Part shown: piece after piece, positions 8,397 through 16,728 of the stretch
How the letters are laid out: every line of letters begins with the position of its first letter
Numbering within the stretch: the first letter of the stretch is position 1
Source of the DNA: Alphaproteobacteria bacterium
GTDB taxonomy: Bacteria > Pseudomonadota > Alphaproteobacteria > Micropepsales > Micropepsaceae
Assembly: GCA_031365165.1 (NCBI GenBank)
Contig: JANLXP010000380.1
Coordinates: 1-36,755 of the forward strand
Direction: 5' to 3'
Length of the DNA stretch: 36,755 nucleotides
The notes under the pieces: generated by a model
Database searches by the model: none
Told to the model about the DNA's origin: nothing
What the model saw: the letters and a program-made list of their open reading frames with translations, nothing else
Program-made: the position numbers and the translations under genes

Positions 8397-8599
8397 CGTC
8401 CCGACATTAAGGTTGCAACGCTTAAGAAAGCGGGAATCTGAGGCGCATCGGATTGCGCCGACATGGCAAAGCCGCCGTTAAGCTTAAAGCATTCCGACTG
8501 CCGCGTTTGGCACGCGCACTGCGTTGTTTCCCTGTGAAATGGGGGGCCTCCGCTCATCTTGTTTCAATTCGGCGCGTACGGCGTATTTCGGCCGCGTCG

Positions 8600-8675
8600 A
8601 AAAGCGCCGGTCGCAGCCACCTCCCGCTCAGGCTTAGGGAGCGCGGCCTTTCGGTAGAGGAGTTGCGACCGGCGC
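8600..8675 (-). terminator. possible long-loop terminator after the 8682..9011 gene
   Basis: Perfect 12-bp inverted repeat GCGCCGGTCGCA (8604-8615) / TGCGACCGGCGC (8664-8675), followed on the minus strand by UUUU (8600-8603). The loop is long (48 nt). Confidence 0.35.
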
Positions 8676-8681
8676 GTTGTT

Positions 8682-9011
8682 TTATTTTGGAAGCACGAGC
8701 ATCTTGAGCTCGACGATCATCCGCTCGATCCGCGTCAACCTTTCGTTCATTTCCTCAAGCCGCCGGTCGATGGCCGCAGGTTCCGAAGGCGTCGGCGTCG
8801 AAACCCCTGCCCGGCTCGCCACTTCCGCAACCGCAGTCTTAAGATATGCGGCCAGCGCCTGCACTTCCGCACCGCGCAGCTCGCGCTGATCCTTCCAGAG
8901 TTCGGCCACTTGCCCCTGCGAGAGCTTCAACAATTGCGCAACGTCGTCCCGCGTCGCTCCCAGCTCTTTCAACCGCGCGTCGAACCAAGCCTGATCGAAA
9001 AACAATGCCAT
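8682..9011 (-). CDS. hypothetical protein, HTH-like N-terminus plus C-terminal coiled coil
   Basis: ORF follows the crotonase gene directly: the ATG at 9011 lies 2 nt past the crotonase stop, and the alternative GTG at 9017 overlaps that stop. No family recognised. Confidence 0.55.
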   Translation of the reverse strand: MALFFDQAWFDARLKELGATRDDVAQLLKLSQGQVAELWKDQRELRGAEVQALAAYLKTAVAEVASRAGVSTPTPSEPAAIDRRLEEMNERLTRIERMIVELKMLVLPK

Positions 9012-9013
9012 TG

Positions 9014-9817
9014 TCACCGCCCCCTAAATTGCGGTGCGCGCTTCTCAAGGAAGCTCGCGACGCCTTCGCGGTGATCCTCGGTCTGGAACAACCGGCCCAG
9101 CGTGCCCGACACCCAGCTCCCGAACTCCCGCACATCGCGAACCGACGCCCGGCGCAGACCTTCCTTCATGTAGCGCAAGGCCAGTGGCGGGTTGGACGCT
9201 ATCCGCTCGGCAAGTGCAAATGCCGAGGGCAACAAATCGTCGTGCTGCACCACACGCGACACGAGCCCGATCCGCTCTGCTTCACGGGCAGGAATAATGT
9301 CGCCGGTGAAGAGCAGTTCTGCGGCCTTCGCGGGCCCCACCAGCCGGGGCAGGATCATCATGCCTCCAACGTCGGTGACGAGCCCGCGCTTGATGAAAAT
9401 CTCCCCGAACTGCGCGCGCTCGGACGCGATGCGAATATCCGCAAACAACGCGAGTTCCATACCCCAGCCGACCGCCGTTCCGTTCACCGCCGCAACGATC
9501 GGCCGGTCGCACTCCAAAACAGCTTCGGCCGCAGGCGTCAGCCTCGGCCGCACGGATGTCAGACGCGTCTGGCTTTGTTCGCGCTGCGGCCCGGTCATCA
9601 TCTGCTTGACGTCTTCGCCGGAGCAGAACGCGGGATCCGCGCCCGTCAGCACCACCGCGCGCACTTCACCGTCGCTTTGGATGTGTCGGAACACAGCCTC
9701 CAGATCGGCATAAGCACGCGCGTTAAGTGCGTTGCGAACCTCGGGCCGGTTCAGCGTGACGACGCCAACGTGCCCCTTCAATTCGTAAGTCAAATGCACG
9801 AAGTCGGGCGGGTTCAT
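9014..9817 (-). CDS. enoyl-CoA hydratase/isomerase (crotonase) family protein
   Basis: VVTLNRPEVRNALN, AFCSGEDV and AAVNGTAVGWGMELAL oxyanion-hole motifs. ATG 9817 chosen because upstream ORF sequence overlaps the divergent gene region. Confidence 0.85.
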   Translation of the reverse strand: MNPPDFVHLTYELKGHVGVVTLNRPEVRNALNARAYADLEAVFRHIQSDGEVRAVVLTGADPAFCSGEDVKQMMTGPQREQSQTRLTSVRPRLTPAAEAVLECDRPIVAAVNGTAVGWGMELALFADIRIASERAQFGEIFIKRGLVTDVGGMMILPRLVGPAKAAELLFTGDIIPAREAERIGLVSRVVQHDDLLPSAFALAERIASNPPLALRYMKEGLRRASVRDVREFGSWVSGTLGRLFQTEDHREGVASFLEKRAPQFRGR

Positions 9818-9911
9818 GGGGTGAAAGCCTGCACAATGATGAGACGCGTTCACTTTAGCGCGATTTGCCGCCTTTGCACGTGCGGCGCCGCTTTGGCATT
9901 GTCCGGCCGCA

Positions 9912-10967
9912 ATGAGCCAAGCCGAAGTCAAAGCGCCAGCCCTGTTTCTGCGAAACCTCTGGTATTTCGCGCTGCATTCGCACGCCTTGAAACAGGGCCG
10001 TCTGGTTCACAAAACGATCCTGGGCGAACCTGTCGTCTTCGGCCGCGCGCCAAACGGTGAAGCGTTCGCCTTGCGCGATCTTTGCCCGCATCGCGGCGTG
10101 CCGCTGTCGAAGGGCCAAATGGTCGACGGCACGATCGAGTGCCCCTATCACGGTTGGCGCTTCAAACCGTCTGGCCAGTGCGCGTTGATCCCATCGCTCG
10201 TCGGCGAAGAGGGTGTCGACGCCGCGAAGATCAGCGTTCGCAAATACCCGCTCGCCGAAAAGAACGGCCTGATCTGGGTCTACATGTCCGAAGATGGGAA
10301 CGCCGACACTCAGATTGAGCCGCCAAGCCTGCCGCTCGCCGCGGAAGCAAGACCCGCCCTCATCGAGGCGCAGAACTTCCCCTGCGCGATCGACCACGCG
10401 GTCATCGGCTTGATGGACCCAGCCCACGGGCCATTCGTGCACAAAGCATGGTGGTGGCGCTCGGCCAAATCGATCCACGCGAAGGCCAAAAAATATGCGC
10501 CATCGCACATGGGCTTCACGATGGTGACGCACAAACCATCGAGCAATTCGGCACTTTACAAGCTGCTCGGCGGCGACAGAACGACCGAGATTTCCTTCCA
10601 GCTTCCGGGCATCCGTGTCGAGCACATCAAGGCCGGCCGCAACGAAGTCGTGGGTCTAACCACCTGCACGCCGTTGAGCGAGACCGAGACCGAGGTCACC
10701 CAGACGTTCTTCTGGAACATTCCCTGGATCACGCCGTTCAAGCCCATCGCGCAATATGTGGCGCGCGTGTTTCTGGGCCAAGACCGGCACATGGTGACGC
10801 TTCAGCAGGAGGGCCTGAAGTTCAACCCGCGCCTGATGCTGATCCAAGACGCGGATGTGCCGGCGATTTGGTACCACCGGCTCAAGAAGGAATGGGCCGA
10901 GGCCAGTGCCGCCAAACGTGCCTTTACCAATCCCGTGACGGAAACAACGCTGCGCTGGCGCAGCTAA
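9912..10967 (+). CDS. Rieske [2Fe-2S] non-haem-iron oxygenase (PaO/aromatic-ring-hydroxylating alpha-subunit-like)
   Basis: Rieske motif CPHRGVPL...CPYHGWRF. Mononuclear iron motif DPAHGPFVH (DxxHxxxxH). Confidence 0.85.
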   Translation: MSQAEVKAPALFLRNLWYFALHSHALKQGRLVHKTILGEPVVFGRAPNGEAFALRDLCPHRGVPLSKGQMVDGTIECPYHGWRFKPSGQCALIPSLVGEEGVDAAKISVRKYPLAEKNGLIWVYMSEDGNADTQIEPPSLPLAAEARPALIEAQNFPCAIDHAVIGLMDPAHGPFVHKAWWWRSAKSIHAKAKKYAPSHMGFTMVTHKPSSNSALYKLLGGDRTTEISFQLPGIRVEHIKAGRNEVVGLTTCTPLSETETEVTQTFFWNIPWITPFKPIAQYVARVFLGQDRHMVTLQQEGLKFNPRLMLIQDADVPAIWYHRLKKEWAEASAAKRAFTNPVTETTLRWRS

Positions 10968-11052
10968 CGCGGCATCGCGCTTGCGACGTGACCCCTGAAC
11001 CGCGCTCACACTGTCTCATTCGGGGACAGCGGCGCCAGCAGGGTCAGCCGCT

Positions 11053-11205
11053 ATGTCGCTTCCCACCTTGGGCGAACTTCGCTTTGCGCAGGCACTATTT
11101 GAGAGCGAGATGCGGCCCCGCCGCCGTCGCGGTCAGGATGAGCTGTGGGCCAGGTTCTTCGACATGGCCGTCATGGTGACGTTCGTATTCTTCCTGCTCA
11201 TGTAA
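11053..11205 (+). CDS. possible 50-aa small protein with C-terminal hydrophobic tail
   Basis: Translated by hand: MSLPTLGELRFAQALFESEMRPRRRRGQDELWARFFDMAVMVTFVFFLLM. Weak SD. Not in the ORF track because it is under 60 aa. Confidence 0.25.
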   Translation: MSLPTLGELRFAQALFESEMRPRRRRGQDELWARFFDMAVMVTFVFFLLM

Positions 11206-11208
11206 ACG

Positions 11209-11235
11209 AAAAAGCGCGCCCCAACCGGGACGCGC
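11209..11235 (-). terminator. Rho-independent terminator for the 11261..11710 gene
   Basis: Minus-strand hairpin GCGCGTCCC-GGTT-GGGGCGCGC (one mismatch), followed by UUUUU (plus-strand AAAAA 11209-11213). Confidence 0.6.
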
Positions 11236-11260
11236 CTCTCCAAGATTTCTAAGCTCGCGA

Positions 11261-11710
11261 CTAGTTCGTGCCGGCGATGCCGACCGACGAGCCGAAGTCG
11301 CGCTTCGCTGCCACGATGGTCACCGTGAAGCCTGCGATGACGTCCAATACTGTCATCAGCATCAACATGAAGAACACCGAATTCGAAAAGCCCAGCATCG
11401 TGATGAACTGGATGATGCAAACGACCGACAGCAGCATCGACAGTCCGTGATTGATGATCGACATCGCATCCGTGCGCGTCGACTTCACGATCTCGACAAA
11501 GAGCAACAGCAAGCTGAGGCCCATGAACACGTCGGCGAACGAAACGCCCCAGGCATCGCCTGAGAACATGCCGACAGTGAAAATCGGCGACGCCATCCAA
11601 GAGGCGACGTTGCCGGGGGTCGCAATCCCGGTCAGCACGACGAAATTGTAGAGAACGAGCGGAAATACCAACAACGGGATGATATTCAACGCCGACAATG
11701 ATCTGCCCAT
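11261..11710 (-). CDS. hypothetical integral membrane protein (4 predicted TM)
   Basis: 149-aa ORF that is strongly hydrophobic throughout and is followed by a terminator. Confidence 0.7.
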   Translation of the reverse strand: MGRSLSALNIIPLLVFPLVLYNFVVLTGIATPGNVASWMASPIFTVGMFSGDAWGVSFADVFMGLSLLLLFVEIVKSTRTDAMSIINHGLSMLLSVVCIIQFITMLGFSNSVFFMLMLMTVLDVIAGFTVTIVAAKRDFGSSVGIAGTN

Positions 11711-11804
11711 GAAACCCTCGTAACCTCCAGTTTGAAGCCCCCCGGCCTATTAAGGGAGCTTACACGCCCAAAGAAGTAAGTGCCAAGCTGCGGATCGGAA
11801 ATGG

Positions 11805-12125
11805 CTATTTTGTGGCAGAGGGAGGTTCGCTCCCGTTTTCGCGACCCGCCGCCGCCTTTTCAGCAAATATGAGGTAGAGATTGCGCGCGTAAACAATCAG
11901 GCCAAGAGCTTGGCCCGAGATGAAGACGGGATCTTTCTTGTATAACGCGTAGATCAGCAGCACGATCCCGCCGCCGACGCTGAAGTACCAGAACATCACC
12001 GGAACCACGCTGCGCCCCGCCTTCTCGCTCTCCCACCACTGCACAACAAAGCGTGACATGAAGAGCGCCTGACCGGCAAAGCCGACAAGCAGCCACACGT
12101 GTTCCCAGGTGAACCAGTCGGTCAT
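11805..12125 (-). CDS. lipid-A-disaccharide synthase N-terminal (LAB_N) domain small membrane protein
   Basis: 106 aa, 3 TM, with FMSRFVVQWWESEK and KDPVFISGQ motifs typical of LAB_N. The ATG abuts the GT2 stop (TAAATG). Confidence 0.8.
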   Translation of the reverse strand: MTDWFTWEHVWLLVGFAGQALFMSRFVVQWWESEKAGRSVVPVMFWYFSVGGGIVLLIYALYKKDPVFISGQALGLIVYARNLYLIFAEKAAAGRENGSEPPSATK

Positions 12126-12863
12126 TTATATCTCATCCACCCGTTCGGGATTGCGCGACCTGCGCCGGAGCCAACGCACACCGCGCAGGTCCGACAGCGA
12201 CACAAACAACCGGTCCAGCGTGCCGTACTTCGAAACCCCGTGCGAACGCGAACGATGGTTCACGTCGACGTGGGCAATCCGATAACCCTCGCGCAGCATC
12301 AAAGCCGGCATGAAGCGGTGGATATGATCGAAATAGGGCAGCCGTAAAAACGCTTCGCGCGAAAAGAGCTTAAGCCCACAGCCGGTATCGCGCGTGTTGT
12401 CGTTGAGCAGCCACTGCCTGACGCCGTTGCCGACGCGCGAGGCCATGCGCTTCATGAAATTGTCCTGGCGCTTGCGCCGTTGCCCGGCGACCAGGCCGAG
12501 CGGTGGATCGCCCGCCAAAGATGAGCGCCATGTCGCAAGCAGGTTTGGAATGTCCGCCGGATCGTTCTGCCCGTCGCCGTCTAGCGTCGCGATCAGCGCG
12601 CCGCGCGCGGCCAACACCCCGGACCGCACAGCCCGGCTTTGGCCCGAGTTCTTGACATGGGAGAGCACACGAAGTTCCGGCGTTTGCGCTTTCGCCGCTT
12701 TGAGCGAGGCAACCGTCGCATCCCGGCTGGCGTCGTCGACGAAAATGACCTCGAACGCGACCTTCCCCCGAAGTGCAGCCGTGATCTCGTTGAGCAGCGG
12801 AACCGCGTTCTCAACCTCGTTCATCACCGGCACGACAACCGAAAGCTCAGGCGTTGCCGTCAC
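12126..12863 (-). CDS. family-2 glycosyltransferase, polyprenyl-phosphate sugar synthase type (ArnC/DPM1-like)
   Basis: LSVVVPVMNE, FVDDASRDAT and LDGDGQNDP (DxD) motifs. GTG start at 12863. Confidence 0.88.
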   Translation of the reverse strand: MTATPELSVVVPVMNEVENAVPLLNEITAALRGKVAFEVIFVDDASRDATVASLKAAKAQTPELRVLSHVKNSGQSRAVRSGVLAARGALIATLDGDGQNDPADIPNLLATWRSSLAGDPPLGLVAGQRRKRQDNFMKRMASRVGNGVRQWLLNDNTRDTGCGLKLFSREAFLRLPYFDHIHRFMPALMLREGYRIAHVDVNHRSRSHGVSKYGTLDRLFVSLSDLRGVRWLRRRSRNPERVDEI

Positions 12864-13091
12864 GCGCGCCCCCGAGCTTCAATGATCGCCGACCAGTCGA
12901 ACACGTTCCGCTGACTCCTTAATAGGTGGCGGGCTTATACAAGCGCCGGGGCTTAAACCGCTAGGCCCTATGCCTCAAGCCCTCGACGAATAGCCATGAT
13001 GACAGGTATGACCTGCATCGTTACCTTTGGTCGCAGGCGGCGCGCATTCCATGATTGCGCCGTGCGTCTTTTCAGTGGTTAACCGTGACCC

Positions 13092-14795
13092 ATGCCAACA
13101 CGCCGCTCCGCCGCTTCCTATGATTCGTCGAGCCCCTGGTCGCTCGCCCTCGCACACCCGCGCATCGTGCTGGTCGTGCTGTGCCTTTTGATGTTCGTGC
13201 CGGGGATCGCAACGATCCCCCCGCTCGACCGTGACGAAGCGCGCTTCACGCAAGCCACGAAGCAGATGCTTGAAACCGGCGACTTCATCGAAATCCGCTT
13301 CCAGGACGACCCGCGCAACAAGAAGCCGATCGGCATCTATTGGATGCAGTCGATCACCGCAGGCTGGCTCTCAAGCCCGCCGCACAACTCCGTTTGGGTC
13401 TATCGCATCCCGTCGGTGTTGGGTGGCATCTTTGCCGTCCTGTTCGCATTTGGCCTTGGACGAAGACTGTTCGACGAAGAAACGGCGATGATAGGGGCAG
13501 GGCTCTTAGCCTCCTCGATGCTCCTTATAGGTGAGGCCCACATCGCCAAGACGGATGCGGTGTTGGTCGCCTGCGTGACCGCCGCCCAACTTGTCGTCGC
13601 GCACTTCTTCATAGCCGCCCGACAAGGATCGCCTCAACCCACCGTCCGAAACTCGGCCTTACTCGGGTTAGCACTCGGGATAGGCATCCTCGTCAAAGGG
13701 CCGATGATTCTGTTCTTCGTCGGCCTGACCGTGATCGCGCTATCGATTTGGGAGCGCCGCTGGGGCTGGGTCTCGACCATGCGGCCCATGTTCGCGCTCG
13801 GCATCATCATCTTGATCAACGTGCCTTGGCTCGTCGCCATCGGGCTCGTGACCAAAGGCGCCTACTTCCAAGAGGCGATCGGCCAAGACTTTTTGGGCAA
13901 AGTTGTCGGCGGACAAGAATCGCATTGGGGTCCGCCGGGCTACTACCTCGTCTCGCTTCTTATCGGTTTCTGGCCCGGCTGGTTGTTCCTCGCGCCTGGC
14001 GTTGTCTATGCGATCGCCCGCGTGCGAGAAGGCTCCGTCCGCTTCCTGCTCGCATGGATCGTCCCCGCTTGGGTGATCCTTGAACTCGCACCGACGAAGC
14101 TTCCGCATTATCCACTGCCGCTCTATCCGGCAATCGCATTGCTCTGCGGCGCAGCCGTCATGGCAGGTGTTCGTGAGAGCCGTAGCTTCCTCGACAACAC
14201 CCCGGTGAAACTCGGCGCTGTCGCATGGCTCATGGTCACGATCGGCCTGATCGGCGGCGCGCTCTTCTACGTACCGGGTCAATACGGCACCGGCGGCGGC
14301 ATCGTGCTTACACTGCTGGCGATACCAGTTGTCGGCGCCGCGGGTATCGCGGTGCTGTTCCTTCTGCGCGGCGAAGGTGAGAATGCGACGGCCGCAACAG
14401 TCGCGACCGGCGCCCTGTTCGCGGCGATCCTCCTCGCCGCGGTATTGCCGCGCCTCGATCAGCTCATGCTGAGCCAACGGGCGGCCGACCTCATCGCCCG
14501 CTCCGGCGCGCAGGCGCAGAACACGACCGTCGCAGGCTTCAACGAGCCCAGCATGGTCTTCCAAGTCGGAACAAAAGTGACGCTCTCGCCCACCGGCGCC
14601 GAAGCGGCGGACTTCATCACCAAGCATGCCGACGCCCGCGCCCTCATCGAGGAACGCTTGGATCCCGAGTTCCAACAGACGCTGCGCAAGCTGAACGTCG
14701 CAGCTGAGGCCCTCGGCAACGTGAAAGGCTTGAACTACTCGAGAGGCGATCACCTTTCGCTCACGCTCTACCGGCTGCGCAAAACCGGACCGTGA
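13092..14795 (+). CDS. ArnT/PMT-like polyprenyl-phosphate-sugar-dependent glycosyltransferase (GT39/GT83 type), copy 1
   Basis: 567 aa, many TM segments, N-terminal loop PPLDRDEARFTQATKQM...KPIGIYW. Confidence 0.85.
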   Translation: MPTRRSAASYDSSSPWSLALAHPRIVLVVLCLLMFVPGIATIPPLDRDEARFTQATKQMLETGDFIEIRFQDDPRNKKPIGIYWMQSITAGWLSSPPHNSVWVYRIPSVLGGIFAVLFAFGLGRRLFDEETAMIGAGLLASSMLLIGEAHIAKTDAVLVACVTAAQLVVAHFFIAARQGSPQPTVRNSALLGLALGIGILVKGPMILFFVGLTVIALSIWERRWGWVSTMRPMFALGIIILINVPWLVAIGLVTKGAYFQEAIGQDFLGKVVGGQESHWGPPGYYLVSLLIGFWPGWLFLAPGVVYAIARVREGSVRFLLAWIVPAWVILELAPTKLPHYPLPLYPAIALLCGAAVMAGVRESRSFLDNTPVKLGAVAWLMVTIGLIGGALFYVPGQYGTGGGIVLTLLAIPVVGAAGIAVLFLLRGEGENATAATVATGALFAAILLAAVLPRLDQLMLSQRAADLIARSGAQAQNTTVAGFNEPSMVFQVGTKVTLSPTGAEAADFITKHADARALIEERLDPEFQQTLRKLNVAAEALGNVKGLNYSRGDHLSLTLYRLRKTGP

Positions 14796-16318
14796 CCGCA
14801 CTGACGGAGCGGCTGACCAAACTTCCGCCGCTGGCTTGGCTCGCGGCGCTGGTCGCCGCAGCCACGCTCTTCCGCCTGATCGTCCTTAGCGTGACGCCTC
14901 TGAACTTGGGGCCGGACGAAGCGCAATACTGGTCGTGGAGCCTGACACCGGCCTTCGGTTACTTCTCGAAGCCGCCGATGATCGCCTGGATCATCGGTGC
15001 AACGACAAGCGTCTGCGGCGACGGTGAAGCCTGCATCCGCGTCGGCGCGCCGCTCATGCACGCGATCACCGCGTTCTTGGTCTTCTTCGCAGGCAAAGCG
15101 CTCTACGACGATCGCGTGGGGCTCTGGTCCGGTGTCGCCTACATACTAATGCCCGGCACGAGCTTCTCATCGCTCCTCATCACGACAGACGTGCCGCTCT
15201 TGATGTTCTGGACGCTGGCGCTCTGGGCTTTGGCTGAGTTGCGCAGAGAAGCGACCGTGAAGTGGGCGATCGTCTTCGGAGCGGCGATCGGGCTGGGCCT
15301 GCTCTCGAAATACGCGATGCTCTATTTCGTGCTGGGCTTGGGTCTGGCGCTGTTGCCGACGAAGAACGGACGTTCGTTGCTTCTGTCGCGCACCGGCGCG
15401 ATCGTGGCCCTGGCAGCATTGACAGTCTTTTCACCGAACATCATCTGGAACGCGCTGCACAGCTTCGCGACCGTCGGTCACACGGCGGCGAACGCGAACT
15501 GGAGCGTCGCGAAGCTCTTCAACGTCTCCAACACGCTGAGCTTCATCGCTGCTCAGTTCGGTATCGCAGGCCCGATCGCCGGCGGACTCGTCGCGTGGGG
15601 CTTGATCCGCAACTGGCGTGACCCGCGCTACGACAGCGCCGACACACTCTTACTCGCGCTCACGCTGCCGATCTTCGCGATCGTCACGCTGCAAGCGTTC
15701 ATCTCGCGCGCCAACGCGAACTGGGCTGCACCGGCATTCGTTGCTCTGACGATACTGTTCACGGCCTGGGCGATGCGCCGAAGCAACACTTTAGCGGTGA
15801 GAGCGAACGCGTGTTTGAACGCGGCGATCGCCATCTTGCTCGGCGTGACTGCGATGTCGCCCGCATTCGTCGCGGCAATCGGCCAAGAAAATTCCGTTAA
15901 GCGCTTGCGCGGATGGGAAGAAGCAGGCGCAACGATCGTCAGCGCAGCGAACTCGGGCCCGTTCGACGCAATCATGAGCGACGATCGCGAGGACATGGCC
16001 TCGCTCTTCTATTACACGCGTGACAGAAACGAAAAAAAGCTTCCGCTGCGCATGTGGCCGAGCGAAACGGCGCGAAACGAGTACGAAGTGTCGCACCGTT
16101 TGCGTTCAAACGAGACTGCGAACGTACTTTTCGTCACGCGAAGAAGTGATGTGAGCGTCATCACCAACGCATTCGCATCGTCGACGCGCATCGGCACGCT
16201 TGAAACGCGACTCGATTCGAAACGAAAGCGCATTTTTTTCCTCTTCGCGCTCAAAGGACCGGTCGATTCGACTCTTTTTCCAAAATATTTTGATCGTCCG
16301 TCTACGGACAATCGCTGA
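14792..16318 (+). CDS. ArnT/PMT-like glycosyltransferase, copy 2
   Basis: GTG 14792 overlaps the previous stop (GTGA). Contains LGPDEAQYWSWS...FSKPPMIAW, is multi-TM, and has a soluble C-terminal domain. Confidence 0.85.
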   Translation: MTALTERLTKLPPLAWLAALVAAATLFRLIVLSVTPLNLGPDEAQYWSWSLTPAFGYFSKPPMIAWIIGATTSVCGDGEACIRVGAPLMHAITAFLVFFAGKALYDDRVGLWSGVAYILMPGTSFSSLLITTDVPLLMFWTLALWALAELRREATVKWAIVFGAAIGLGLLSKYAMLYFVLGLGLALLPTKNGRSLLLSRTGAIVALAALTVFSPNIIWNALHSFATVGHTAANANWSVAKLFNVSNTLSFIAAQFGIAGPIAGGLVAWGLIRNWRDPRYDSADTLLLALTLPIFAIVTLQAFISRANANWAAPAFVALTILFTAWAMRRSNTLAVRANACLNAAIAILLGVTAMSPAFVAAIGQENSVKRLRGWEEAGATIVSAANSGPFDAIMSDDREDMASLFYYTRDRNEKKLPLRMWPSETARNEYEVSHRLRSNETANVLFVTRRSDVSVITNAFASSTRIGTLETRLDSKRKRIFFLFALKGPVDSTLFPKYFDRPSTDNR

Positions 16319-16466
16319 TTCGACTCAAATCATCGTTTCGCGCGCGTCAAACGCATGCGCACTGTTCGCGACAGCATCGCAAATGATTAATGCAAAGCGT
16401 CGCCAGTCGATCGCACTCGCGTGGAATAAAAATAGTATCGGAGGCGAGTGACATTTCGCTTGGTCG

Positions 16467-16539
16467 TGCGATTACGCGCATTCGCCTAGAGAAGAATTGC
16501 GCGATTAGATTCTCGTTGTGTGTGTCAATATGCGATTAC
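16467..16539. promoter_or_regulatory. three spaced copies of a TGCGATTAC-like box in the low-GC spacer upstream of kamA
   Basis: TGCGATTAC at 16467-16475, CGCGATTAG at 16500-16508 and TGCGATTAC at 16531-16539, with spacings of 33 and 31 nt. Confidence 0.3.
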
Positions 16540-16728
16540 TTCACAAACACGCACCTCGAATACACACTCGATCACACGAATGACCATTGCTAATCCATTC
16601 TTTACTCACCCGATCTATTTGACGATGAGCGAATCGTGCTGCATGATTCGAAATGGTTGGGGAAAGCGCTGGCTGCGCGCGGACTTCGGGGAAAGCAGTC
16701 GACCAACTAAGGGGCGTCAGAGCTGCCT

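Noticed and set aside
8846-10060. Long alternative-frame or antisense ORFs (for example 8846..10060, 9855..10625, 13740..14801, 18603..19265, 23136..24425, 33029..33622, 36142..36696)
   Set aside because: Each lies opposite or out of frame with a gene carrying clear family motifs. Their translations are low-complexity R/A/P/G strings with no recognisable domains, the typical stop-codon-poor artefact of high-GC sequence.
16467-16539. CRISPR-like or other array interpretation of the TGCGATTAC repeats
   Set aside because: The repeats are only 9 nt long, with three copies, one of them imperfect. The ~23-nt spacers are part of ordinary intergenic DNA and there are no cas genes. A regulator-site array is more plausible.
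16600-16728. Possible lysine (L-box) riboswitch in front of the lysine aminomutase
   Set aside because: I could not find the conserved L-box core elements or its five-helix junction. The leader is only about 75-130 nt, too short for that class. Only a generic stem (GTTGG/CCAAC) and a GGGGAAAGC duplication are present. It is left as an unclassified leader.
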